A stretch of DNA of 64,000 nucleotides. It comes from Heterodontus francisci (lineage: Eukaryota). Where the stretch lies: NCBI RefSeq assembly GCF_036365525.1, contig NC_090373.1:52543339-52607338 (forward strand). The letters run 5' to 3'. The notes beneath the pieces are model-generated. The model worked only from the letters and a program-made list of their open reading frames with translations. It was not told where the DNA came from and searched no databases. Below, one piece after another: positions 25,587 through 37,170 of this stretch; the stretch's first letter is position 1, and each line of letters opens with the position of its first letter. Position numbers and translations under genes: made by a program.

Positions 25587-27604
25587 TGTAGGTGAAAGTC
25601 ACCCATGATTATTGTCGTACCTTTCGTTAATGCTGCATTCTTTCTTCCTGCATTCTCTGTCCTGCAGTGTAGCTTCTGTTAGAGAACCTATAAACTACTC
25701 CCACAAGTGACATCTTTCCTTTGCTATTTCTTATCTCCATCCAAACTGATTCTATATCTTGATCTTCTGAACTAAGGTCATCTCTCACTACTGTACGAAT
25801 ATTATCCTCAATTAACAGAGCTACCCCACTACCTTTTCCTAGCTTCCTGTCCATCTGAAATGTCAAATATCCTTTAATATTCAGGTTCGAGCCATGGTTA
25901 CCTTGCAACCACGTTTCTGTAATGGCTATCAGGTCATACATATTTATTTCTATTTCTGATAATTCATCTGTTTTGTTACGAATGTTACATGCTTTCAGAT
26001 ACAGAGCCTTCAGTTCTGCCTTTTTTGCAAACTCTGGCCTTATCTGCAGGTGCACTCTTAAGTTTGTACGCTCTGTCACTTCCTGCCGTACTCTGGTTAT
26101 CATTACCCATGTCTCTACCCTGCACTATTGCCTAGTCCGTTCCCTTTAATTTATCACATCTCCCCTCTCTTGACCCCTACCCCAACTATTTAGCTTAAAG
26201 TCCTCTCTACTTCCCTACTTATGACTCACCAGAACACCTGTCCCAGCACAGTTCAGATAAAGACCGTCCCAACGGGACAACTCCCACTTTCCCCAGTACA
26301 CGTGCCAGTGCCCCATGAATCTAAACTCATTTCTCCCACACCATGCATTTGACTCTCTAATATTAATTACACTACGCCAATTTGCTCATGGGTCAGGTAA
26401 TAATCCACAGATTATTACCTTTGTGGTTCTGCTTTTTAATTTAGGCCCTAGCTGCTCATAATGCCTAAGCAGAGCCTCTTTCCTAGTCCTGTCTATGTCA
26501 TTGGTACCCACATGGCCAAGACAACTGAATCCTCCGAAGTTCCTCCCCAGCCCCGAACAGATGTCCCAAACCCTGGCATCAGGTAGGTAACCCAGCTTTC
26601 TGGACTCTCCCTCTTGGCTGTAGAGAACTATGTCTATTCCCTAGCTATACTTCCCCTACTACCACTACATTCCTATTTACTCCCCCCATTTGAATGTTTT
26701 CCTGCACCACAGTGCCATGGTCAGTTTGCTCATCCACCCTACAGCCCTCACTCTCATTCATACAAGCTGCAAGAACCTTGAACATGTTGGACAACTGCAA
26801 GGGCTGAAGCTTCTCCAGCTGTACCTTCTCGATTCCCTTACCTGCCTCACTTGCAGTCACACCTCCCTGTCCCAGACCACTGACCAAATCAGAAGACCCC
26901 AGCCCCTAAATGATGTGACTGCCTTCTGAAACAAAGTATCCAGGTAACTTTCCCCCTCCCTGATGCATTGCAGTGTCCGTAGCTTGGCCTCCAGCTCATC
27001 GACTTTGAGCCAAAGTTCCTCGAGCCGCAGACACTTACTGCAGATGTGGTTGCCTTCGATCACACTACTGTCCACCAGCTCCTGCATACTACAGCTGCAA
27101 CACATCTCCTGCCCTGCCATCCTTATTGTGCTTTAACCAATTAATTAATTCTTTTCTTAATGAATTTAATTGATGCCTCTACTCACCAACCACTTACGTT
27201 ACTAATTCCAACCCGACTAATACTGATAAACCTTACCTCTTACAAATAAAACAGAAGATTCAATAGCTTCCTACTTTCCTTCTACTGGTGTTTCCTTATT
27301 AATTATAATGAAGCTAATTAAGCTACTTAAACCTTTTTTTAAAACTTTTTTCTAATCTCCACCTCTTTACATATACTCCCTATTGGTAGTCTCCTCACCA
27401 GCTCTTTACAGACACACCCGAACAGCAGTTACTCACCAACCAATCAACTTACGGCTTTCCTGTGATGTCACTGTTCACTTTATTTTCAAACTCAGGATGC
27501 GGCTAGACTCTCCCAGAAGGTAAGTGGTGTCGGTCGTGATCCTTGGGCTTTATTTATCTGATTCCCCGGTCTGTGTTCCTCCTGCAGGTCCACTCCTCTC
27601 CCAA

Positions 27605-27933
27605 AGGGATTTTGTCAGAATGGACAGAGAAATTATTGCCATTGGCAGGAAGGTCAGGAGCAAACGCACATATTTAAGATAACAAGCAAATAAAATCCAG
27701 GGGGGGAAAGTGAGGATTTTTTTTTTTAATAAACACAGTGAGTTGTTATTATCTGTAATGTGGAAGGGTGGTAGGAGGAGATTCAGTAGCAACTTTCTAA
27801 AGTATTTAACTTGATCAGGGAACATTTGCAGGGCTATGGGTAAACAGAAGGGGGAATGGAATGAATTGGATAGTTCTTTCAAAGAGCCAGCATTAACATA
27901 ATGGGATGAATGGCCTCCTGTGTTGTATGATTC
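27605..27933 (+). mobile_element. Old CR1 3' end
   Basis: Degenerate ORF2 C-terminus and tail gaatggcctcctgtgttgtatgattc. Confidence 0.7.
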
Positions 27934-28220
27934 AATAATTCACTGATAGAAGCAAAAAGATGCAGCTAAATTTCAGGCCACAGCTGACTATTACTGTGTG
28001 TGTGTGTGTCAGCCCTCTGTTGCAATATAGCTGCAAGTGTCCTTGCAGCAGACTGCATAGATCTGCATCAGCCTTTCTGCTAACCCAGCTCCTAAGATGA
28101 TTGGAGTGATTTTTGGTGGATGTGCGAGGAACTGCAAAAATGGTTAATGGTATCTTTGCAGCTAAAATCCTCTTGTTCACCACTGGTATGCCTTCTTTCA
28201 TGCACTGCTAAATAATGCAT

Positions 28221-28575
28221 GGGGCGGCACAGTGGAGCAGTGGTTAGCACCGCAGCTTCACAGCTCCAGCGACCCGGGTTCAATTCTGGGTACTGCCTGT
28301 GTGGAGTTTGCAAGTTCTCCCTGTGTCTGCGTGGGTTTCCTGCGGGTGCTCCGGTTTTCTCCCACATGCCAAAGACTTGCAGGTTGATAGGTAAATTGGC
28401 CATTAGCAATTGCCCCTAGTATAGGTAGTAATATAGGGACAGGTGGGGATGTGGTAGGAATATGGAATTAGTGTAGGATTAGTATAAATGGGTGGTTGAT
28501 GGTCGGCACAGACTCGGTGGGCCGAAGGGCCTGTTTCAGTGCTGTTTCTCGAAACTAAACTAAACTAAGCTAAGA
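28221..28575 (+). mobile_element. Full-length HE1-like V-SINE
   Basis: A and B boxes, V domain, (ctaaa)n tail; flanking atgca repeat as candidate TSD. Confidence 0.93.
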
Positions 28576-29329
28576 CATGCAGTGATTGCTGTGCTTCTGA
28601 GAATCAATCACCAGAAGAGTTAGTCGGGCAATCAATTATCATAGTAAAGCTTGCTTTGGGAAGAAGGGCTTCCATCAGCAATACATCAGTCAATGAGTGG
28701 TAATTTCTCCTTTCTCTATAATGCGGGTGTGTGGAAGTCACTGAACAACTCTCAAGCAGCCTGACAACCCTTCTGTTCGCAAATCCAATGATACCAGGAA
28801 ACTTCTGAAAGCCACAAAGCTAGATTGTTGGACACTTGCAAGGCTTTGAGAGTTGTATTATTGCAGTAATTGGTGGCTTTAATCAGGATTTTTTGTGGCT
28901 CTTTGTTGCCATGAATGAGAAGATAAAGTACTGAACAGGAAGAGATCATTCAGCCTTTTCATCAGGCCATGTACAATTTTCACTCTCTTGGGTTCTCTCC
29001 ACTTCATTTAATATCTTGGGAAATGCAAGTAACAACACTTAAAACTTTCAACAATTAAAAACCAACTTCTCAATGACCCAAGTTAAAGGAGTAAAACTCT
29101 AAAATAGCTGTCCAACATTATGTTAAACAACATTGGTGGAGGGATGTCACAGATAACAGGCATAAGCTTTCAACTTCAGGTGGGTGGCTACCTGTTATAT
29201 ACCCTACCCAATTGTCTTTACCATGGAAAGGAAATTCCAGTAGGGTTTATAAAGAGTATTACATCTCTGCCTGTGGTACCCTTCATGTACCTGAGAAATA
29301 AGCATATTCAGCTGTCTTGACAACTTCAA

Positions 29330-30190
29330 GCTGCATTGTGAAGCTTGCCATCTATTGTTGAGCTCATCAGTGCCAGTCAAGATGCTGTGGAAAGACACAC
29401 TGGCTAAGGAGCTACTGCCATGCACTCTATCTCTCCCAAGCATCATCTCAGAGGTTGATCACAGACTAGCTGAACATCGAGTTTCAGCCCTTCCTGTTGA
29501 CAAAAGCTGCTGGTTCATCTGCTGGTAGCTTCTTGGCTTTGAGTGCAGTCCGTAATGTCCTGGACATGAGAGAGCCTCCTGATGCAGAGCTCTTTAGTAA
29601 TATAGACATTTGGTCTGTCTACCTTGTGGACTGGATAAGGCATTCAAGAAGCTGCCCCCAACCCTCCCCTCACTTGCTACTTCTAACAGGGACATTTTAT
29701 GTTGACCTGGCTGTTGAGGCTTCTGTTTCTGCTCCTCTTCCTCCAACTGTTCTTCCACCCAAGGCAATGAAGCAAGATGGCACCAATACTAAACCATGAG
29801 AGCTTAATCAGGGTGAGTAATGCAAAAACGACCAAAATAAGCAATCTGCAATTTCAAAATCCCTTGGAAAGCTATTGAGCATAATAGCTCATTGATCGAT
29901 ATGATCGGAGTTCCTGCCGCAGAGTGCCCCTTTAAACAGCCAATCCCACAAGAGTTTATTCAGCGGGTTAGCTGCTGGTGGGGCTTCTGATTAATTCCAG
30001 TTAATATCGCATTGGGGGGGCCACAGTTCATTGGACCCTGATTTACATGCATTCATGAGGAACCTGGTGTTTCAGCCACTTAAATGAAGTCAGGAATTAA
30101 AATAGCTGCCAGACAATTACAGTGGGAACCAATATTAATAGCTGCGCCTGCCAGGTGGGGTGGGTTTAAATAAGCATCGTAGATTCAGCC
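29330..30190 (-). pseudogene. Decayed Harbinger DDE transposase remnant with element end
   Basis: Minus-strand fragments ELCIRRL, HVQDITDCT, AFVNRKG and VQLVCDQ resemble VQGAIDCTH...FVNRKGFHSLNVQLVCD; ggctgaat-like end at ~30190. Confidence 0.65.
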
Positions 30191-31239
30191 ATGGAATATT
30201 TCCTCTAACCTTTCAACCCAATGTGTTTGGACCTTCCTTGGAACCACTTGCAGAATTTACATAATGCATTGTTTCAGTCAATGACACGCTCCAGTTGGAA
30301 CGATCCTTTTCATTTTAAACAAATGTGGACGTACACAACAGCTCTCACAATCCCTGTCAAATCTAGTGAACTTAATTCCAAAACAAACCACGACACGTAA
30401 ATCCTCAACCCCAAACAAATACAGTACTGTATGTGGCATCTCTCTCTCATGGTGATAGGAGCTGTGTGAATTTAGACTGCTATTGATGATGAAAAATCTT
30501 GGTTTGTGGAGTAAGAAATTGGGAAGATCAATTGCCTTTATGTAACACAAAGTGACCTTCAAAGGTGAACATTCTGAAAACTTCCCCTGTGTATCACAGA
30601 TCACTGCAATGCATGGACAATAAAATAAATTATTTTGGATGGCAAATTTTTTATGAAGTCTGAAAATTCTCATTACTAAACTGCACATATCTCTTAGTAT
30701 AAGTGTAATTGAGACTGAAACAGCTCTAATACCTCACCTTCATGAAAGAAGCTCAGTGAAGTGTTAAATTAATATAAACAAAAATAGGTTTAAATAGCTG
30801 ATAACTTCCATGACAGTAACAATCGAAAAATAGATTCAAGTTTTATTTTTGACTTATATTGATTTCCTACATCACCAGTGTAATAGCCAAGCTATTTCAC
30901 AAAGGAAGACTTTTATGAAATCATCTGATTAACAGCAATGAGTAGTCTAGATTACACTTTTGGTTTAGTATCACTTCAAAGACTCTCCAACAGAATCACC
31001 ATTCCTATGTCAGATCTTGGAAGCTTTTAAAAGTGGCAAGTAAGTCAGTGAGAGAAGTGAAAAATCACTGATCACGTAGAGCCTGGGGGAAAAGGGGCTG
31101 TCTATGTTGCAGCCTCCCTGCCTTCCTCCTCCACCTCCTTGTACTCCTGCTCCTCATCTTCTCTCATTACGCAGCACCACTACTGACCGAGCTGGCCAAG
31201 TCCCAAAGTACATAGCTGCCAGACTGTGCCTGCGGCAGG

Positions 31240-31450
31240 TGGAGAACCACACGAGGGGAAAAAACTACTTGACCTCATGCTCACCAATCTACCCGTCACA
31301 GATGCATCTGTCCATGACAGTATTGGTAGGAGTGACCACTGCATAGTGTTTGGGGAGATGAAGCCCCACCTTCACTCTGAAGACACCCTCCATCGTGTTG
31401 TGTGATACTGCCAGCATGCGAATGGGGATAGAGTCAGAACAGAGCTAGCA
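31240..31450 (+). mobile_element. EN-domain fragment of LINE family B (see 48085-50910)
   Basis: TRGKN-LLDL-LTNLPVTDASVHDSIGRSDH is homologous to ORF 49459..50037. Confidence 0.8.
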
Positions 31451-31451
31451 A

Positions 31452-31985
31452 AAACAACAGCTTACATTTATATAGCGCCTTTCAGGTAATCAAATGACCC
31501 AAAGAGCTTCACAGGAGTATAATAAACAAAACTTGACACCAAACCACATGAAGAGATATTAAGGCAGATGAACAAAAGCTCAAAGAGGTAAGTTTTAAGG
31601 AGTGATTTAAAGGAGAAAAGAGAGGTGGAGAGGCAGAGACGTTGAGAGAGAGAATTCCAGAACTTAGGACCTTGGCAGCTGAAGGCATGACCACCAATGG
31701 TGGAGCGATTAAAATTGGGGATACTCAAGAGAGGCCAGAACTGAAGGAGCACAGAGATATCAGAGGGTACTGGGACTGGAGGGGAATTCAAAGATATGGA
31801 GGGGCGAGGCCATACAGGAATTGGAAAACAAGGATGAGGATTTTAAAATTGAGGCGTTGCAAGACAATTTGGATCAGAGAGCACTGGGGTGTTAGGGGAA
31901 CGGGACTTGGTGTGAGTTAAGATACAGACAGCAGAGTTTTGGATGACCTCAAGTTTACAGAAGGTAGAATTTGGAAGGCTGTCCA
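31452..31985 (-). mobile_element. L2 LINE 3' end
   Basis: KLEVIQNSAVCILT...; GGHAFSCQGPKFWNSL...FKSLLKTYLF; L2 tail aaaggcgctatataaatg followed by (ttg)n. Confidence 0.88.
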
Positions 31986-32069
31986 GGATTGTTGTTAGTC
32001 CCAACATGGATTGCAACAACTTGATCCTCCCCCTCCCTCTCCAATATCCTTTCAAACCAGTTTGAGATA

Positions 32070-32340
32070 TCCCTCACCCTGGCACCAGGTAGGCAACATA
32101 CCATGTGGGATTATTTGTCCTGTTTACAAAGGATGCTATCCATTCCCCTAATTAGTGAATCCCCTACAACTGCCACATTACACTTCCGCTCCTCCCCACT
32201 TTGGACAGCCACCTGCTCCAAGGTGCCATGGTCCGCATTCTGGCTGTCCTTTCGACAGTCTTTATCCTTATCTTCACAGGTAGCAAGTACATTGTAACTG
32301 TTGGATAGGATCAGTTTCTGTGAATCCTTGTTCACTATCT
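32070..32340 (-). mobile_element. CR1 ORF1 esterase fragment
   Basis: LSNSYNVLA...VAVVGDSLIRGMDSILC followed by CLPGA. Confidence 0.8.
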
Positions 32341-32729
32341 CACTTGGATTACTCTTACTCTATACACTATTGGTCGCACTGACCCCATTCTAAACTTGCA
32401 CCTCACCAGAAAATCAAGTAACTAATTCCTCAAAGTGGTCAAAATCTTACAAAAATCACAACTCTAAGAAATAATCTAACCTTTTGAAAAATAAATGTTG
32501 AGATATATACAGTAATTCTTTTGCTTTTCATCCTTATCATTGTGAGAGCCTCTATTAATGTGAACTGCTTCTTGGTGATTTCCAATTAGGTTTTCTATCT
32601 CAACAGTTTCAAACTGACCAGTTCTTATTCAGAGATTTTTAGATTGACTTTTTGATTCAAATGAAATTGTTTCTGTTACATCTCAGACTATCTATCCTCT
32701 CACATTTGAAAAGCTGCTGTTAGCCATAA

Positions 32730-35700
32730 GGGGCGGTATTTTATGAGTGCACGCCATTCACAAAGGCAGAAGCAGAAATGGAAGGCACTTCCACTTTTGT
32801 GTCAGGAGCTGCTTCCCATGCGATTAAAATTAAAATATCATTGGCCAATGCTGGGCACAGCAGAAATGTGCAATCATGCATCGGTGGAAGCTTTTCATTG
32901 GTGAAAGTCGCCGTCATTTAACAATGCAGAAGGTACATCCAGGCTTAAAAAAATAGCCCCTGGGCCAACAGGGATGCTGTGCATCACAGCAACAACATTC
33001 CTAGCTAGCTCCATAACCTTAGTCATGTATCTATATTTACTGAGCAGCAGTTGTTGTCCCTCACCCCCAAGATGTAGAAATCATAAGCGTAAACACAAGT
33101 TATTGAGAGAACGAAGGGGGCACGGGTGTCCTTCAAATATATTTATCAAATGTACATTTTTCACAATATATTTGTTTTAAATTTCTCATCTGTGCATTAT
33201 CTTCATTTTGTTTGGACTAGCTTAGTGGGAGAGCTTAATGTAATGCCTCATGGTTAACACACTTGGAGGCTATAGAGGAGGGACGGACATTGCATTTAAT
33301 GTGGAAGTCACGATGTAGAGTTTCAGTGACCAAATTTCAATGAATGTTCATGTTACTGTCCAGTTTTGTACTCGACAGCCTGTGGGACATGGCTGCACAT
33401 GCAGGCCCAGCTGGCACTCCCATTTGTGCACGGTTGTGCTGGTGCTGCTGACTCAGTTGTTCAGCAGCAAGAGCCCTTCTTAGCAGCATCCTCTCCACAT
33501 GCTCCCGAGGTGCCACGAAAATTGGATATATGAGACTTAGGTTATTCTAACAATGTAACTGGGTTCACAAGGCAGACAGGGAAATGTAAATATCCTTGTC
33601 CATTATTTTCGTCCATAGAATTGATGAGCAGTGAGTTGCTAAACTCCTCCCACTATCCACCCACACAACTCCACCCTGGCAATCCTTGCAGCCCCACGTG
33701 CATCAAAATACTGTCAGAATATGATGTGTGAGAGCTTCCAGCTCGAGCCTGAGACCCTCCATCCTCCTCCTATCATCCTCACGCTTGTACCCATCATCCT
33801 TGTCCCTCTCAACATTACCTTATGCCATTCCTTTTTAACCCTTCAACCAAAGCCCATTACCCTGGACTCTGTCACATTCCAACTGGACGTACCCTCTCTC
33901 CCCACTAAGCCTACACCCGTCACTGTCGACATGCCCCCTCTGATCTTAGAATCTCCCCGCATTATCCCTAGGGTACTTGTTAGATCCCCTGATTTGCCCT
34001 ATGAGACCTTTGATTATCCCACCCTCAGACCAGACCTGCCCCCTGATCTGAATTCCCCCCACCTACCCCCACCGTGATCGTTCCCTCTGCCAGCCAGCAC
34101 CCTTTGTTTGACCCACAGGACCCCAATGTGGACACCACTATCCATTTAGGCCCCTCATTTCCCTTACCTTGACAGACTGAAACCCCCACTCAACAACATG
34201 CCCAGGAGGCCAGGCCCTTCCCACTTAACCCGACCACTCCCCCTGTCATCCCTTGGATCCCTCTGCCACTCCTCTGTTCACCCGAACAAAAACCCAATGC
34301 CACCCCCAACTTGTTTCGTCCTTACCATTTGTGCCTCCAGCCAAACTGCCATTCTCTTGTTGCTGTTCCTTGAGCCGCTGAGCTCAACAAACTAAATCTC
34401 TGAAGTCAGGCACAACTGCACAAATGGGACTGCTGAATGCCACCTTGAAACGACCGTGAAGCAGTTGCCATGAGATTCCCATACAACCCCTCAGTTAATC
34501 TGGAAGGTAGGACTTACTTGCAATTAATTATAAAATACTCGAGCGAAGGCTTCACTCGAGTCGCTTTAAACAGGCTCCAGAAGCTGGCCGAGCGTGTCTA
34601 TCCTGAGGCACAGTGTGGCTTTCGAGCAGAGAGATCCACCATTGACATGCTGTTCTCCCTTCGTCAGATACAGGAGAAATGCCGCGAACAACAGATGCCC
34701 CTCTATGTTGCTTTCATTGATCTCACCAAAGCCTTTGACCTCGTCAGCAGACGTGGTCGCTTAAGACTACCAGAAAAGATCGGATGTCCACCAAAGCTAC
34801 TAAGTATCATCACCTCATTCCATGACAATATGAAAGGCACAATTCAGCATAGCGGCGCCTCATCGGACCCCTTTCCTATCCTGAGTGGCGTGAAACAGGA
34901 CTGTGTTCTCGCACCTACACTGTTTGGGATTTTCTTCTCCCTGCTGCTCTCACAGGCGTTCAAGTCTTCAGAAGAAGGAATTTTCCTCCACGCAAGGTCA
35001 GGTGGCAGGTTGTTCAACCTTGTCCGTCTAAGAGCGAAGACCAAAGTACGGAAAGTCCTCATCACGGAACTTCTCTTTGCTCAAGATGCTGCATTAACAT
35101 CTCACACTGAAGAGTGCCTGCAGAGTCTCATCGACAGGTTTGCGTCTGCCTGCAACGAATTTGGCCTAACCATCAGCCTCAAGAAACCGATCATGGGACA
35201 GGACGTCAGAAATGCTCCATCCATCAATATTGGCGACCACGCTCTGGACGTGGTTCAAGAGTTCACCTACCTAGGCGCAACTATCACCAGTAACCTGTCT
35301 CTAGATGCAGAAATCAACAAGCGCATGGGAAAGGCTTCCACTGCTATGTCCAGACTGGCCAAGAGAGTGTGGGAAAATGGCGCACTGACATGGAACACAA
35401 AAGTCCGCGTGCATCAAGCCCGTGTCCTCAGTACCTTGCTCTACGGCAGCGAGGTCTGGACAACATAGGTCAGCCAAGAGCGACGTCTCAATTCATTCCA
35501 TCTTCGCTGCCTCCGGAGAATCCTTGGCATCAGGTGGCAGGACCGTATCTCCAACACAGAAGTCCTCAAGGCGGCCAACATTCCCAGCTTATACACGCTA
35601 TTGAGTCAGCAGCGCTTGAGATGGCTTGGCCATGTGAGCCGCATGGAAGATGGCAGGATCCCCAAGGACACAACGAGCTAGTCACAGGTATCCAACCCAC

Positions 35701-36251
35701 CGGCCGTCCATGTCTCCGCTTTAAAGACATCTGCAAACGCGACATGAAGTCCTGTGACATTGATCACAAGTTGTGGGAGTCAGTTGCCAGCATTCGCCAG
35801 AGCTGGCGGACAGCCATAAAGGCGGGGCTAAAGTGTGGCGAATCGAAGAGACTTAGCAGTTGGCAGGAAAAAAGACAGAAGCACAAGGGAAGAGCCAACT
35901 GCGAAATAGCCCCGACAAACAATTTTATCTGCAGCACCTGTGGAAGAGTCTGTCACTCTAGTGTTGGCCTTTATAGTCACTCCAGGCACTGCTCCACAAA
36001 CCACTGACCACCTCCAGGCGCTTACCCATTGTCTCCCGAGACAAGGAGGCCGAAGAAGAAGAAGAGTTATAAGCTAGTGAGTATTCATTGTATGCAAATG
36101 AATTAAAAGTTGCAACCCGCCACAGGACAGCGTGAAGATCGAGCCGCCACAAAGACGCTGCCATCTTAATCTCAATCCACTGTCAGGAAAAGAAATTTCA
36201 ACTCCCGCCCACCACGTTTCCTGCTCTTGCAGGCCCCATAAAATTCCCCCC
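32730..36251. mobile_element. Probable non-autonomous Harbinger-type element enclosing the RTE
   Basis: Imperfect TIRs ggggcggtattttatg / cataaaattcccccc; C-rich interior. No clean TSD, and the two ends may belong to different elements. Confidence 0.45.
34545..36065 (+). mobile_element. RTE-clade LINE, RT domain to 3' end
   Basis: ORF 34470..35468 PEAQCGFRAERSTIDM...FIDLTKAFD...GVKQDCVLAPTLF...LFAQD (catalytic DD mutated); C-terminal C2HC finger; (gaa)n tail; same family as the 11895 copy. Confidence 0.95.
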
Positions 36252-36664
36252 AGGCAAACTGAAGCAATTGCATAATACTCTATAAATTTGTATTATCCAG
36301 TCACCAACATTAAAAAAACTTGCAAACCAAGCTTGGCACGAGAATGTGAACAGCAGATCCTCCTATTCTCACAAATATTGTTTCACAAACCTATCTTCAA
36401 GGTTCCCAGTGTGGCCTCCAACAGTCTCTTGAATGGCCACTAGCTACTGAATGCTCAATTCCATAGGTTAGTGCACGTGTAGAGTGGTCGATACAAGATC
36501 AGAATTGCATCAAGGTCCTAAACACATCTTAGGACCCCAACTTAAATACTTCACTGAGACTCCTGCCTGTTTTGGGTTGAAGCTCTGGCTGTTTAAAATC
36601 GAGGACTGCTCAAAAATCACATCAGGTGCTCTTGATTAGCAATTGGGCAGGTTTTCATCTCATC

Positions 36665-36900
36665 TTTATTTACACAGAGGATGGTGAGTGCCTGGAACTT
36701 GCTGCCAGGGGAGGTGGTGGAAGCAGATACGGTAGCAACGTTTAAGAGACATCTTGACAAATACATGAATAGGAAGGGAATAGAGGGATATGGGCCCCGG
36801 AAGTGCAGAAGGTGTTAGTTTAGGCAGGCATCAAGATCGGCGCAGGCTTGGAGGGCCGAATGGCCTGTTCCTGTGCTGTACTGTTCTTTGTTCTTTGTTC
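36665..36900 (+). mobile_element. CR1 3' end, same young subfamily as 20421-23308
   Basis: Near-identical to the reverse complement of 20421-20650; (gttcttt)n tail. Confidence 0.92.
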
Positions 36901-36979
36901 TCACAAACAACCTTGAATTATTCAAGCTGAATTCTGGGGCAGTAGTGAAATGAAAACCCCCAGTATTTTATACATCTTA

Positions 36980-37170
36980 GAACAACAACTTGGCTGAATA
37001 TAGTGCCTCGTACTATGTGCAAGGTACTTCACAGGAACAATAATCAAAGAAATATTAACACTGAGCCAAAGAGGGAAACATTAGGACAAGTGACCAAAAG
37101 CTTGGTTAAATTGACACGTTTTAAGAGTGTCTTAGAGGAGGAGAGGGGTGTAGAGGTTCAGGGAGTGAGA
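36980..37170 (-). mobile_element. L2 3' end fragment
   Basis: Similar to 31452-31650. Confidence 0.7.

Larger units (their letters stand above)
19998..27520 (-). mobile_element. Full-length degenerate CR1 on the minus strand (pieces 19998-20420 and 23309-27520), host to a younger CR1 and an HE1 SINE
   Basis: ORF1 MAGQEMCCSC...HICSKCLRLEELWLKVDELE (26857..27120); EN LKALYLKACNIRNK...IAITETWL (25627..26103); RT VPQRSVLGP...AKFADDT (23708..24034); 3' UTR near 20000. Confidence 0.9.

Noticed and set aside
33721-34395. Proline-rich ORFs
   Set aside because: C-rich low-complexity interior of a probable non-autonomous DNA element; C-rich sequence avoids stops by composition.
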